Shown: in pieces, positions 9,573-21,055 of the stretch
Numbering within the stretch: position 1 is the first letter of the stretch
Layout: each line of letters opens with the position of its first letter
Assembly (NCBI GenBank): GCA_035084275.1
Contig: CM068755.1
Span: forward strand, 11,656,001-11,720,000
Length of the DNA stretch: 64,000 nt
From: Hydrolagus colliei
Taxonomy: Eukaryota
Direction: 5' to 3'
Notes under the pieces: model-generated
Seen by the model: the letters and a program-made list of their open reading frames with translations, nothing else
What the model was told of the DNA's origin: nothing
The model's database searches: none
Made by a program: the position numbers and the translations under genes

Positions 9573-11329
9573 TCATTGCAACCGTACTATATTGAATTCA
9601 ATTATTTCAACAATACAGTAGTTCTTTTTGAAATAACTGTTGACAGATTAAAATGTATTTGGGATTCTAATGTATTAGAAAATTATTTTGCTTGATAAAA
9701 GCCACCAAAAACATTTTTTGTTTTTAAACTATGATTCAGTGATCGAAAGAAGAGAAAGAATTAGCACAGCTATCATGTAGGCACTGCTACTGATGTGTGC
9801 GAGAGATTCCTTCAGGTGAGTTTAACCACAGTAAACATTATCAGCTCATTTACAAGAAATACTTAGTTCACATATGTAATTTAGCAAGTGATTTATTTAT
9901 AATGGGTCCATCCAGACTAATTTGTGCCTCTTCCACTAGCTAAAGTGCAAACGTAGGACTTTTGTGACTGCACTGGTCAAACCACAGCTCACTCAAGTGC
10001 CGGCCAATCTCTCTCAATGTGGCTGCTATCTTTCTCTTACAGTACCTATCAATGACCTTTCAGTTTGAGTGATGTTAATTCCTGAGACTAAATGAACCAA
10101 CATGGATATCAGTTGGAGGTTCTTCTAGATGAGGTCTTCTGTGATGTTACAAAGCAGTTGTATCAGTTGTATCAGTTTAGGCCAGGTTGGCTGTGTAACC
10201 AGTCCTGATCCACATATGGTTCTTGTTCCTGTATGTTGGTATGGATTTTTCTGGTCAACAGAAGTCCTCTATTTGTGACTTGGTGGCAGTACTGTATTAA
10301 GTAGAAAGTAGAAAATATTGGGGAATTCTTGAGTACCTCATCTGATTAAAGTGGCTTTGTATTTTTAGGACATGATTCTTCAATCATCTTATTCTCTGGT
10401 TGGTAGATTTACTTACCTGGTGGCATAAGCTTATAATGCAATTACTGTTTTGTTCTTAAAATGAAAGGCTGGCTTGTTTCATTTAAGTAACCACATTAGG
10501 TTTTGTTGAACAAGCTGCACACGTATGCATTTAATCCCAAACCCTTTGAAAACCTGTTTGGCACAAAGCCAGGAGGTTACCTGGTGAAGCTCACCTTCAG
10601 TGAGAAAGCTGGAAAGCCCTCATTTACAGTGTGTCTGTGACCTCCTGGATGCAGTTAGACAAGAAGATCTGTGAAGCCTTCTCATCTCACACTTCTATGT
10701 ATAGCTATAGGATGACTCCCTGAAGCCTGAAAGGAATCAATGGCAGAGACATTGAAATCTGCTATGTCCTTCACAGCTGAAAGAAACGTAGGCCCAATCA
10801 AACAAAGGGAATTGAGATTGGTGCACAAATGTTGGCATATTGTCATTCAGTGAATCCATCGCTGCTGAAGAGAAAACAATGCAGACACTGTTGTTTTGTC
10901 CATAGTAAATATTTTGTTCATATTTCTCTGCCTTTCTTCTTGTTCTGTTTCTTTAAGGGGTCTGCTACTTAAAACCAGTGCTGCACTCACATGAAACCCT
11001 GCTGCTACTCATTAATATGGCTAAAGGAGTCTGCGTATGCAAGTGATATTTAATCCTGCTTTGATTTATAGTGCACATGGATTACGATACTATTTGGTGC
11101 AGAAAGTCACAGTTTGGCATATTTTAGTCAGTTCCACCCAATTAATAATTGGGTCAATTGGGGTTTTAATCATTGTGGGTGAATGTGCCTTCACTGTGTT
11201 TTGTCAACTGTGGAAAATACAGTAATAATGCCAAAAATACAGTTAGCACCAAAATAGGTATTCAGCAATACATGATAACATGGTAAGAGCATCACAGCAG
11301 ACAGATAGCCTAACCCCATCTCAGAAGGT

Positions 11330-11823
11330 TTTCACTATGAAGCGATTCACACCAGATTTCGCCCGCATACTCACCCGCACCAAACTTCGCTCCCCCATTA
11401 CCCCAGTCCTTGCCAGACTTCACTAGCACCCTGTCCCTGAGAGGATCAACTTCAAGATCCTCACCCTTGTTTTCACTCCTCTGCACCCCCCACTTCACTG
11501 ATCTCTCTCCCCAAACCAGCACCCGCTGCCTTTGCTCCACGGGTCTGACCTTCTCCATGTCCCCCGAATCCTCAGCTACACCCTCGGCGGCTGTGCCTTC
11601 AGCCACTACACCCCGAGGCTCTGGAACCCACTTCCTCACTCCCTTCGCCTCGCCCCCTCTCTTCCCAGTTTCAGATTACAGCTAAAGACCTTTCTCTTCG
11701 ACCGCGCCTTTGGTCACCTTTCTACCCCTGGCTCGGTCCTGCGATCCGCTACTGTGAAGCGCTGTGAGATGTCATCTGGCATGGAAGGAGCTATATAAAT
11801 CGAAGTTGTTGTTATTGGTGTTG
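11330..11823 (+). mobile_element. L2 LINE 3' fragment including the ORF2 C-terminus
   Basis: Translates PITPVLARLH*HPVPERINFKILTLVF, matching the L2 HITPVL..LHWLPV..RI.FK motif. Tail gaagcgctgtgagatg..gctatataaatcgaagttgttgtt. Confidence 0.9.
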
Positions 11824-12437
11824 TTTATGTCTTGTCGAAAAATCTAGGATATTATGCTTTTCACACAATTTACATAAGAGGGTTGTGACCATCATCAGGA
11901 TAGTTAAGATAGTTCATTAAATCTAACTGAATACACAATCCTAAATCATTTACATCACAGATTTATGTACAGAGAGTGATCTGAAATGTGTTTAATGGCT
12001 TTGAACACACTTTTTCCTGCATCTTGGTTTCATGTGCTGCATTATACACTACACAAATTATATATATTTTTTTGAGAAGCATCTTTGTTCTATCTATTTT
12101 TAAATACGATTCACTTCCTTGTATGAACATTGCACTCCCAACGTTGTCTTAAATAAATAAGCAGCATATTGAAATCACTAGCTAAGGATTCATCCATTAG
12201 TATAAACCAATTTGTTCCATAGTTCAGCATCTTCATTTTATTAGCAACCTGTGCTCTATAAACCTATGATCACCTTCAAAATGTAAATTACCTTTAATAA
12301 TGCTTATTAATAATTCTTTCTTATCTCAAACCAAATTAACTCCATGCTGTGGATACATTGGATATTTCAAATATTAAATATTTCAACCACTTAACTATTC
12401 TGTTTTGTGTGAATTGTATAACTTTTCTAACCTGCAG

Positions 12438-12602
12438 ACATCCTCTCACACTTCCATTTATGAGCGAAAAATCCATTCTGCACATGAGGCAGATTTTAAA
12501 ATGGCTAAAAATTCCATGTCTTTTGGACATGGAAAAAACTCTTCACCTGAAGAGTTGAAGAGTGAAGAGTTGCTAACAGTTGCTAATAATGAAACTATTT
12601 AG
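12438..12602 (+). other. Candidate terminal exon TSSHTSIYERK..ELLTVANNETI*
   Basis: Branch-point/acceptor ttttctaacctgcag, then 54 open codons to TAG. AATAAA at 13423. No homolog recognised. Confidence 0.25.
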
Positions 12603-14149
12603 AAGCATTTTGTGTGCAGAAAACAACCATGAAGTGAATGATCAATTTATCTGTTGAATTGTTTGTCAGTATAACTGGAGTAGTTTGACAAGGGGAAGTA
12701 TTCTATTAGACCTGAGGGTCTAGAGTAATTATACCTCGAAAGGTCTTATTTACTTAAAACCCAGCAGGATCAGTAAAGATGAATGTTCATTTTTTGAGGA
12801 TTTTAACTGTGTTTTAACATGTAGGTTTAGATTTGTGGAGTGAGGAAATGGCAAACCTCCCAACATGATTTGACTGTCAGTATAGCAGCTGCTCACCTGC
12901 CAAATTTGGAGATGGATTTCATAGTTATTATTGAACTATCTTCCAGAAGTCACATACTAAATACAGGACTATAGTTTTACTTTGATTGTTGAATGGGTGG
13001 AATAGACGTGAATCTAATTTTTACTTTCTATTGAAAAGACAATGGAATTAGTGCCTGAAACACACTGTTTTGGAACATAACTTTTTCTTAATCTAACCTT
13101 TATCCTTCACACAACTCATTGGAGATCAATCTACTCTGGCACACTACCTTTGTTAATTGACGCATGACTTCTCTCAACAGATTATCTTTAAAAATACCTT
13201 TAACAAGACTTCCTAAGGTTTCCAGTCAAGTCTCAGGATTAAACAATGTCGGTAAATTGATCCCATCTGGAGTTGAAAGGAAATCTGAAAGGGTTGAGAT
13301 GGTGACGCTTGATAATTCTTAGTTATCAGATGACCTCTTAATGGTCCTTGATTCTGTGACTTCTAAATGTTCACTTTTAGCTTCTTGGATTAATATAAAG
13401 CACCGAGGATGTATAGATACTCAATAAAGACATTTTAACAAGGTGCAAAGCTGAGTTGCGATATATCAGTCATACTTCTCGAGGAAGCACAAGGTTGTCC
13501 GCAAACATCAGAAAGAACAGATATATTCAATGTTACAATTTGTTAAGATTAAACACTTGAAAATTATTTTATATGGAATTATATAATAAAGACATAAGGT
13601 AAAGTAACATTTTACTTCCATTTTCTTTTGCCAGACTACTACAACTGCAAGTAACTTGTTAACAAATGTTGCACATATAGCTGAAACAAGGCATGAAAGT
13701 ATCAATGATCCCACTTTGATTCTGTTCTTGTCAAACTTGTCAATGACTGAGACCTTCTTCTACACATGCTGTCTATAGGGAAAATATGACACCTGTCAGA
13801 CACATTACAGATTACTGCTTGACCAAAGTGTGTCAATCTTTACCCAATGGAAACAAATATATTATTCAATACTGCAATCGGATGTAATGTTATTAGATAT
13901 TCAAATGCGCTACTCCATTGTCTTGTCATGTTTTCTGCAAATGAAGATCTTTATGTGACAGTCTGTTTTAGGAAGCAGTGAATAGGGTTAGAACACTGGC
14001 TGTATTCAGTCTTGGGCTATGAAATTAATGAAGCCTGAAGCTGATAATGTCATGTCTCACTACACTGGCAGTGACACCACCACAAGTTCACAGAAAACAC
14101 TGGACCAATATATAGACAGCATGAATTGCAAGGAAATACAAATCCATCA

Positions 14150-14570
14150 CAAGATCATGTAAGATAAGAAGAAAGGTTCGGATGAAGAAGGCCCATTTGG
14201 TGGGCTTATTGTTGCAGAATACCAACCCTATCGTCCATTAATTTTAGCATCAAGCATCTTTTTAAATGAGTCCAGCATCCTGTCCTCAACTACCTGTCTT
14301 CAGGAGGATGTTAAAGATCTCATGACATCTATGATTTTCAAAGAGAAGGGAGTTTCTCCTAGTGTCTCGGGCAGCAATCCATCAGATAAATTGGACATTC
14401 GCTGCCTGGCTGTTTGTGGGACCTTGTTGCCCTGGCCTCAATCATTCTTCTGTTAATTGTCCTCAGGTAAAGAAATATTTCCTGGTGTCTGTCCTGAAAT
14501 TGCCCTTTGGAACCTTAAACCCTTCCCTCTTCTGCTGTCTTGCTGCATCCAAAAGTATTGTCTTCTCCAC
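14150..14570 (-). mobile_element. Degenerate CR1 LINE 3' fragment (interrupted)
   Basis: gaaggcccatttgg..agcatcaagcatctttttaaatgagtccagc..cctcaactacc..gtaaagaaatatttcctggtgtctgtcctgaaatt. Confidence 0.55.
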
Positions 14571-15359
14571 TCAATCACCAGCAAACTGGTGCTGGTGTAA
14601 ACCACTAAGTTGTATGGGAGTACAAATACAATCATTCCCTAGGCTACCAGATTACATTGTTTTGTGGGGCTAGACTACTTTAGTTTAAAATAAGCAGCTG
14701 ATTTGCGTAAAATGTTCTCAGAACCAGGAGAAACAGTAAGTAAATACATATTTACAAAGGTCATACAATGCAGTAGCAAAGTATGGTCTTAACTTTTATA
14801 ATTATACACCAAAGAGTGTAATAATTATTTAAATCTTTTGGTTTAAAACCTGGCCAATAAGGTATTGTCAGAGCTAAGTATTTAAAATATGAACATTTTT
14901 CTCACATATGTCCTGTCATTGTTTTTATGAAAATGCTCAATAATGTAAATCCCAGGGTTTCTGACACACATCGCAGTCACTTCCAGTTTTAATAACCTTG
15001 GCTGCTTTATTTAGTGTTTGTTTTTTCCTCGTAGCCCGTACTAGATTCTCCTTGCTTTTCACTTGCCCTGTCATGCCCAAGAATTCCTAGAGGACATCAA
15101 GTTTTATGTTTAAAAGCCACAAACAATGGGGTGTGCTGCAACTAAATGGAGCTGGTGAATTGAGTGTGTCTTCTTCTTTCCAATCTTCCACTGCTTATCT
15201 GATCACTTGATTATCGAGTTCTATATTTGTCAATGAGGCCAAATTAGCTGTCCTTCGCATTGAAAACACTCAGGTTGGGACCATGTTACATCATGATAAA
15301 TGCCTAGGCCAAGAAATATACTTATTCAAGATTTGATTTGAAACATACCCATAGCAGCG

Positions 15360-15676
15360 AATAATAATAATAATCCTTGAATTCGATATTGCACTTTTCA
15401 CATCTTCTAGACATCTCAAAGTGCTTCACAGAATATACTGTAAAGTCAATTAACTGTATAGTTGTGGGTGAAACGTGACAGCCAATTGCGCACAGCAGTT
15501 CCCCCAAATAGTCGTGGATTGAGTGATTATAATTATAATTTTTTTATTTTCTTGAGAGATTATTATAAGGCATGTGGATGAAGGAAATTTGCCCAAGGTT
15601 TTGCCCTGCAGGGAATCGAACCTAGGACTCTCTCTTGCGAGACGAGTGCTCTGAGGACTGAGCTACAGGACTCCAT
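15360..15676 (-). mobile_element. Full-length tRNA/Deu SINE
   Basis: Reverse tail at 15360, Deu core, gggaatcgaacc (B box) and ctgagctacaggactccat (head). Confidence 0.92.
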
Positions 15677-15949
15677 GGTATGTGTAGATTTATTTTTGTT
15701 CTTTGTTGAGCAGGCAATTCAGTTTATTGCGATTCACAAAAGAACATGTGGCTTAAAGTCTCTCCTCTCTGGGTATTCACTGATGCAAAGTGAATAATGT
15801 GACAACATACAAAAGAGCTGCAGATTTATTTAGACAATTTATAAGGAAGCATGGGGGGTAGTTTCAGATTAAATGTGGAAAATAGAATTGGGCTTGGCTG
15901 TTGGTGATGCAAGAAATCAGTGTTTGATTTACAAAAATGTAATAAATGT

Positions 15950-16050
15950 ATCGGCTGGTCTGATACTCTGTGATCCAAAGCATGGTTGGGGGAGTGTTGC
16001 ATTGTCGGAGGTGCCATTGTTCAGATGAAAAGTTAGAACTCAGGTCCTGC
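15950..16050 (+). mobile_element. Ancient SacSINE1-like relic
   Basis: ggggagtgttgcattgtcggaggtgccattgttcagatgaaaagtta. Confidence 0.65.
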
Positions 16051-17705
16051 AAATGGAGGGAAAAAAAGAAAAAAGAAAAATCTGAAAGGAAGCACGTAGG
16101 TTGCAAATAATTAATAAATCTCTGGAATTCTTTATGATGCCGAATAAAGGCTGCTATGGCTGGCAGTCATTACCTCATCAGTAGCATAATTCAGGCGGCG
16201 TTAAGATGGTCAGTAGAAAATTTTAATTTGGACTCTAGAGAGAAACCGCTTGATGACTGAAAGGACTGTCACCAGCACAATTTGACAAGGATGAAACGAC
16301 TGCAAGTCTATTATCAATATTCATGTTCCCAAAGTAGCCTCTTCATCTCTTTGCTCTCTTCAGTTCAACTCTTCAGTTCTTCATTTGACACAATATTATT
16401 GGGATTCCTGATGATAAGTTCTCTCTTAAAAAATAGAGTTGATGGCCTGTAGATGATATAATGACCTGAAGGCAATTTGAGTGGTTACATGCAATGGATT
16501 TGCTGTTGTACTTTGGGAATATTGTTGGGGGGTGGGGGAGAGAAGTCTTCAAGCTATCAACTGACACACCAAATTTCTAAGCACAAAATGCAAGAATTCA
16601 CACATGTACTCAGGTGTTTTGAAATTGAATGTTGTTTTAAAAGGGTCTGTCAACTTTTACGTTGGGTAATAATGCGATTCAAATAGGATCTGTAGTTTCC
16701 TGTATACTCGTGCATTTTCATAACTTGCAATTTAAATCGCTAACAAAATGCATTCTTAGCTGGGCTTCCGTTCCATGATTTCACATGCGGGCCAGCTTGA
16801 CCCACATAATTCACAATGATTTACACCACCAAAGCTCATAAAATGATCTTTTCCCTCCCCTCCCGCTTCGAGGAAGTGCATATTCTGCTCAACAATGCTT
16901 ACTTACCAACTTACTCCGCTTAAGCTATGGATAAATCTTTCTTCTGTCATCAGTCTCTTCAAGTTCAGCAGGTGTAATGCTGATTTCTTGTTCACTCTTG
17001 AGTCCTGTTTTGTTTTCTCTTTGAATACTCATGAACATACCCATGTGCAAATGATGTCTGAGCAACAGGTCAGATAGGTAAACTCATGTGGAGCAGATTA
17101 GGTCACGGTTCTGAGCCAGATCATGTGAGTTTCAGGTCAACCGGTGACTAATAGCATCTCCCACAGATGTAAGCATCTCTCCGCTGGGATTACAGGCACA
17201 GCTGCAAGTCAATTGAACAGCCACAGATGTAAAATCACTCAGCCATTAAAATCATGTCCAACATGACACTTGCTGAGGCATGAATAGGATCAATATACAT
17301 AAATCCAAGTTATTTCTGCTGAACTCAAAGCTGGCAGAACAAACAGATGTAACATGATTGCAAGTGCATGCATTCAGTGCCAGGCTTGTTATCAACTACT
17401 TTGCTACGTTATGTTTGCGAGAATGAGTTTTCGAAGGCAAAGCACGCTGTTCGTCAGATATGTATATAGAAATCAATTCAGCCACTTTGTTCACTTCAAT
17501 TTAGTTTGGGAGAAAAACAGATTCTGAGTTCTTGTGAGATGCATGATAGATTTGCATTTGCATTACTGTACATATGTGTATGTACTGCAATCACCGTTGT
17601 TGAAATATTCAATTATGTGAAACTATCCCTGCAGAAGACAAGTACATTTCCCTGGGCCTAATGCTGTGTACAGCTGTGGCAAAGTTCCATGATATTATAC
17701 TGATA

Positions 17706-17770
17706 CAACAACAACAAAATCACATTTGTAGAGTGCCTTTCACATCGGGGGGACGTCCCAAGGTGCTGAA
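17706..17770 (-). mobile_element. Short L2 3' end
   Basis: acaacaacaacaaaatcacatttgtagagtgcctttcacatcggggggacgtcccaaggtgctg. Confidence 0.85.
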
Positions 17771-18139
17771 TGTCAGGGATACAAGGTGATGTCTGAACAA
17801 CTTTGAATAAACCGTAGTGTAGTACTGTACAAGGATTAGTATAGTACAATATCACAAAGCATGGAAAAAAATGCAGAACAACCTCACACTTGTTACGTTG
17901 CTCGGTTTGTGCAGTCAACGCAAGTGGGCAACATTTGAATTTAAATAATATATACAATATAATTTAGCATTGCTAAACCTTTCTCATACTTTATTTCCCT
18001 GGAACTCAGCTAAATAAGCAATGTCTAACATGTAAGGTTGTCATAGGTTGGCCCAGCTTTAGAGCTTATTAATACAATATCCTCAACACACACACACACA
18101 TTGAATTCTTGGTGTTCCGGCTAATAATCCCCCAATAAA

Positions 18140-18255
18140 ATTCATTAGTTTCATAGTTGTTTGTGGGCCTTTGCTGTGTGGGTATTAGCCACTGTCTTTG
18201 CCTGCTGAACAATCGCTACACTTTACAGTTATATCCCCTGAAGCGCTTTCACATC
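18140..18255 (+). mobile_element. Old Deu-domain SINE relic
   Basis: gttgtttgtgggcctttgctgtgtg..gtctttgcct..ctacacttt..tgaagcgcttt. Confidence 0.55.
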
Positions 18256-18459
18256 AAGTAGAAAGCTTAATTTTACACTTGTTATCATTAGGCAATTTCT
18301 CTCTTGTGTAGACATTGTACCTTTCATAACATATTTAGGAGCTAAGCTTTACAAAGATAAAGTTTATTTTAATTGATCTAAATTGCTTCATTTCTGTCCA
18401 GGTGAATGCAAAGTCGTTGTTCTGAGAAAATGCTAAAATATTATTATAATAAATACAAT

Positions 18460-18565
18460 TAATATAATAGTCAATTTGCTTTACGATATATTCTATGAAC
18501 TGCTTTGAGACGTCCAGAAAATTTGAAAATCGCTATATCAAATGCAAGGATTATTATTATATTAC
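18460..18565 (+). mobile_element. tRNA/Deu SINE 3' tail
   Basis: tagtcaatttgctttac..tttgagacgtccaga..cgctatatcaaatgcaaggattattatt. Confidence 0.85.
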
Positions 18566-20949
18566 TGCAAAAAATGATACAAAGTTTCAGCTGCACACAG
18601 TTCAGAGCAAATCAGAGATTCTATTGATTTTTAGGTAGCATTTGAGACATAAATGATTTCAGGCAGGATACTGTGGCATGTATTATAAATTATACAGAAC
18701 TAATATGACAGCTTTTTCTACTCTTTGCTATAGCCTCAAATAGAGTTGTGATAGATTTTTCTCTAAGTCCATAAAAAGAACTCAAGAAATTGCTACATTT
18801 TAAATCATCCTTCAAATGCATGTTAAGTTGGTTTATCAGCAGGCTACTGAATGGTTCATGAGCTAGTGAATGATGTATGAAGAAACAAGAATACGTTTTA
18901 GCTCAATCAGCTTAACTTTCTGGGTTTCTTTCTTTCTTCCAACATCGCTGAACAGGGCAAACAGCTCTTGATTAATTTTGCCAGTGGATTATGCTGTAAG
19001 TCTGTCATAACATAATTTAATGACCAATTAACAGAGTTGTACATCTGTATTTTTTTTTGCGTGTATAATATACACTACTGTTTCCACACACATTTTTTTC
19101 AGGTGTATGCCCTTTAGTTCCATTACGCTAATACTTCTAAACATAACACTGTCATGTGCCTCTCGTTAGGAAAATCTGGAAGGAAAGCACTGCCCGAACA
19201 GAATTTCGTACTTCATATCAGGTGACTGAAGGGATCATTATTGAGATAAGAGTAGGCTAGTGCCCCACCCTCCAACCCTCCCGCCGACTGACCCCCTTCA
19301 CCCCCTTCTATGCAGCAGAATGATGTGCCCAGGTGGACTAAAGGTATTCTACGTGAGGATAAATGTATAAATGTATATACAGTATAAATAAAATTAAATA
19401 AAACAAGTACACAAGCTATGAGTTCTATCGAAAAATGTACTTCGCCACTATTTTGATACAAACATAAATAACCCTGATAGAAACTTTGTAGAGGGGTTTG
19501 AGATGTTTGAGATGTTCAATGTTCTGGGCGCTGTATCATTAACATTTTGCTGCAAGCAATAACTTTGGTTCTATATCATGCTGCAATAACCTCGCAAAAA
19601 CATCCTGTAAAATTATGCATTTTTCAACGAATACAGTAAAGCAAAAAATATTAAAGAAAATATCTGTTGCAGTGAATCTTACAGTTGAATTCTCAGTCTT
19701 TCAGCTTTACCTTCACATTGTATCCTGTCATTTGGCCACAATTGGATAGGAATCTCTGTACCCAGAAATCTATTTTTACACATAAATGTACAACATCATA
19801 TATAAAATTCTCCATGATGTCCGCAGGATATCTACCCTCACCAAACAATGCCTTGCTACATGTAAGCGAACTGTAACTTGTGATCTTGTGATTATCAGAT
19901 CCACAAAGGAACCAAAGCACACAGTAGTCACCAGTAATTGCCTCTGCACATCTGCCTTTCAAACAATTTAAACAAAATGTTATTAAGTAAAAATGCCGTC
20001 CTCTATCTCAGTGCAAGCAACACTCTTGAACTTTTTAGAGCTGATGCCACCAAAGTTGATTCATTTTTTCTTTTTTATCTGATAGAAAATACCTAGAATC
20101 TTAAAACAACAGGGACGAGTTACACTTTTGTGGAACATGTGTAACCATAAAAGGGCTTTTTTTTACATGGAGCCCCAGTGAGATTAGTCTTTGAGCTCAG
20201 GCAAAGAAAAAAACAGCACAAAGCAATTAAAGAATCAATTTTTGGCTCAAAGCAATATTTTTTTATTGCCAAGGTGTAGTCTTTCAATAGTTGAATAGGG
20301 TTTAACGATTTAACAATGTAATCACATAAAATAAAGTTTTGGTTTTATTGAGCAGAGAAATTAGAACCTTGTATCCGCCTACATCTCTAAGCCACGAGTC
20401 CTTCAGGTCAATAGGAGAAACGTATAGGTAAGGATGAGTAATTGATTTTGGCAGCTCCTGCTCGGAGCAGTGAGCTCTTCCTCTGCTCAATGAGCCCAGC
20501 AGAGGGTATGAGCTTGAATGGATGAGCAGACCCCAACCTAGACGTGGATCATTTATACTCCAATGGGCTTCGGAAAAAAAACACTGGAGATTCAATTAAA
20601 CATATCTAGATTCTTCAAGCAGTAAACTTACTGCTGTTCAAAACTTATTTTATTTCTTGATCTTCCTTCCCGTCGGTTACTGTGAGACTTTCTGCCTCAC
20701 CATCAATTCTTAAGTGATTAGATTGTGTTGTGAAGTCTTTTTACCTAGTATTTACTGGGGTAACAGAAATTCTGAAAGATCTCGGCAAGTTTTAAAACTT
20801 TTATTCAATGTGCATTTGCAGCTGTTTAAATTATGATGTTTGTCACAATGCTGATCATTGTTTGTTTCCTGCAGGAACCCTTTATTTCTTCATTGAAGTT
20901 GGTGTGCTGGAATTAGAGGGCTTTGAACTAGAAAGTAATACTACCACCA

Positions 20950-21055
20950 GTAATAATTCTTGCATTTGATATAGCACCTTATCGCGTCCTTGAGATGTCT
21001 CAAAGCACTTCACAGAATATACTGCAAAGTTAATTGACACTATATTTTGTGGGCG
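20950..21055 (-). mobile_element. tRNA/Deu SINE 3' tail
   Basis: cttgcatttgatatagcaccttatc..tctcaaagcacttcacagaatatactg..ttttgtgggcgaa. Confidence 0.85.

Noticed and set aside
10416-13292. Several minus-strand exon-like segments (about 10455-10416, 10726-10595, 12955-12897, 13284-13198)
   Set aside because: Good splice sites, but mostly stops in all frames and no recognisable peptide. Cannot be separated from chance pseudo-exons.
17183-17198. gctgggattacaggca, identical to an Alu motif (possible human contamination)
   Set aside because: The flanks are not Alu; short chance match.
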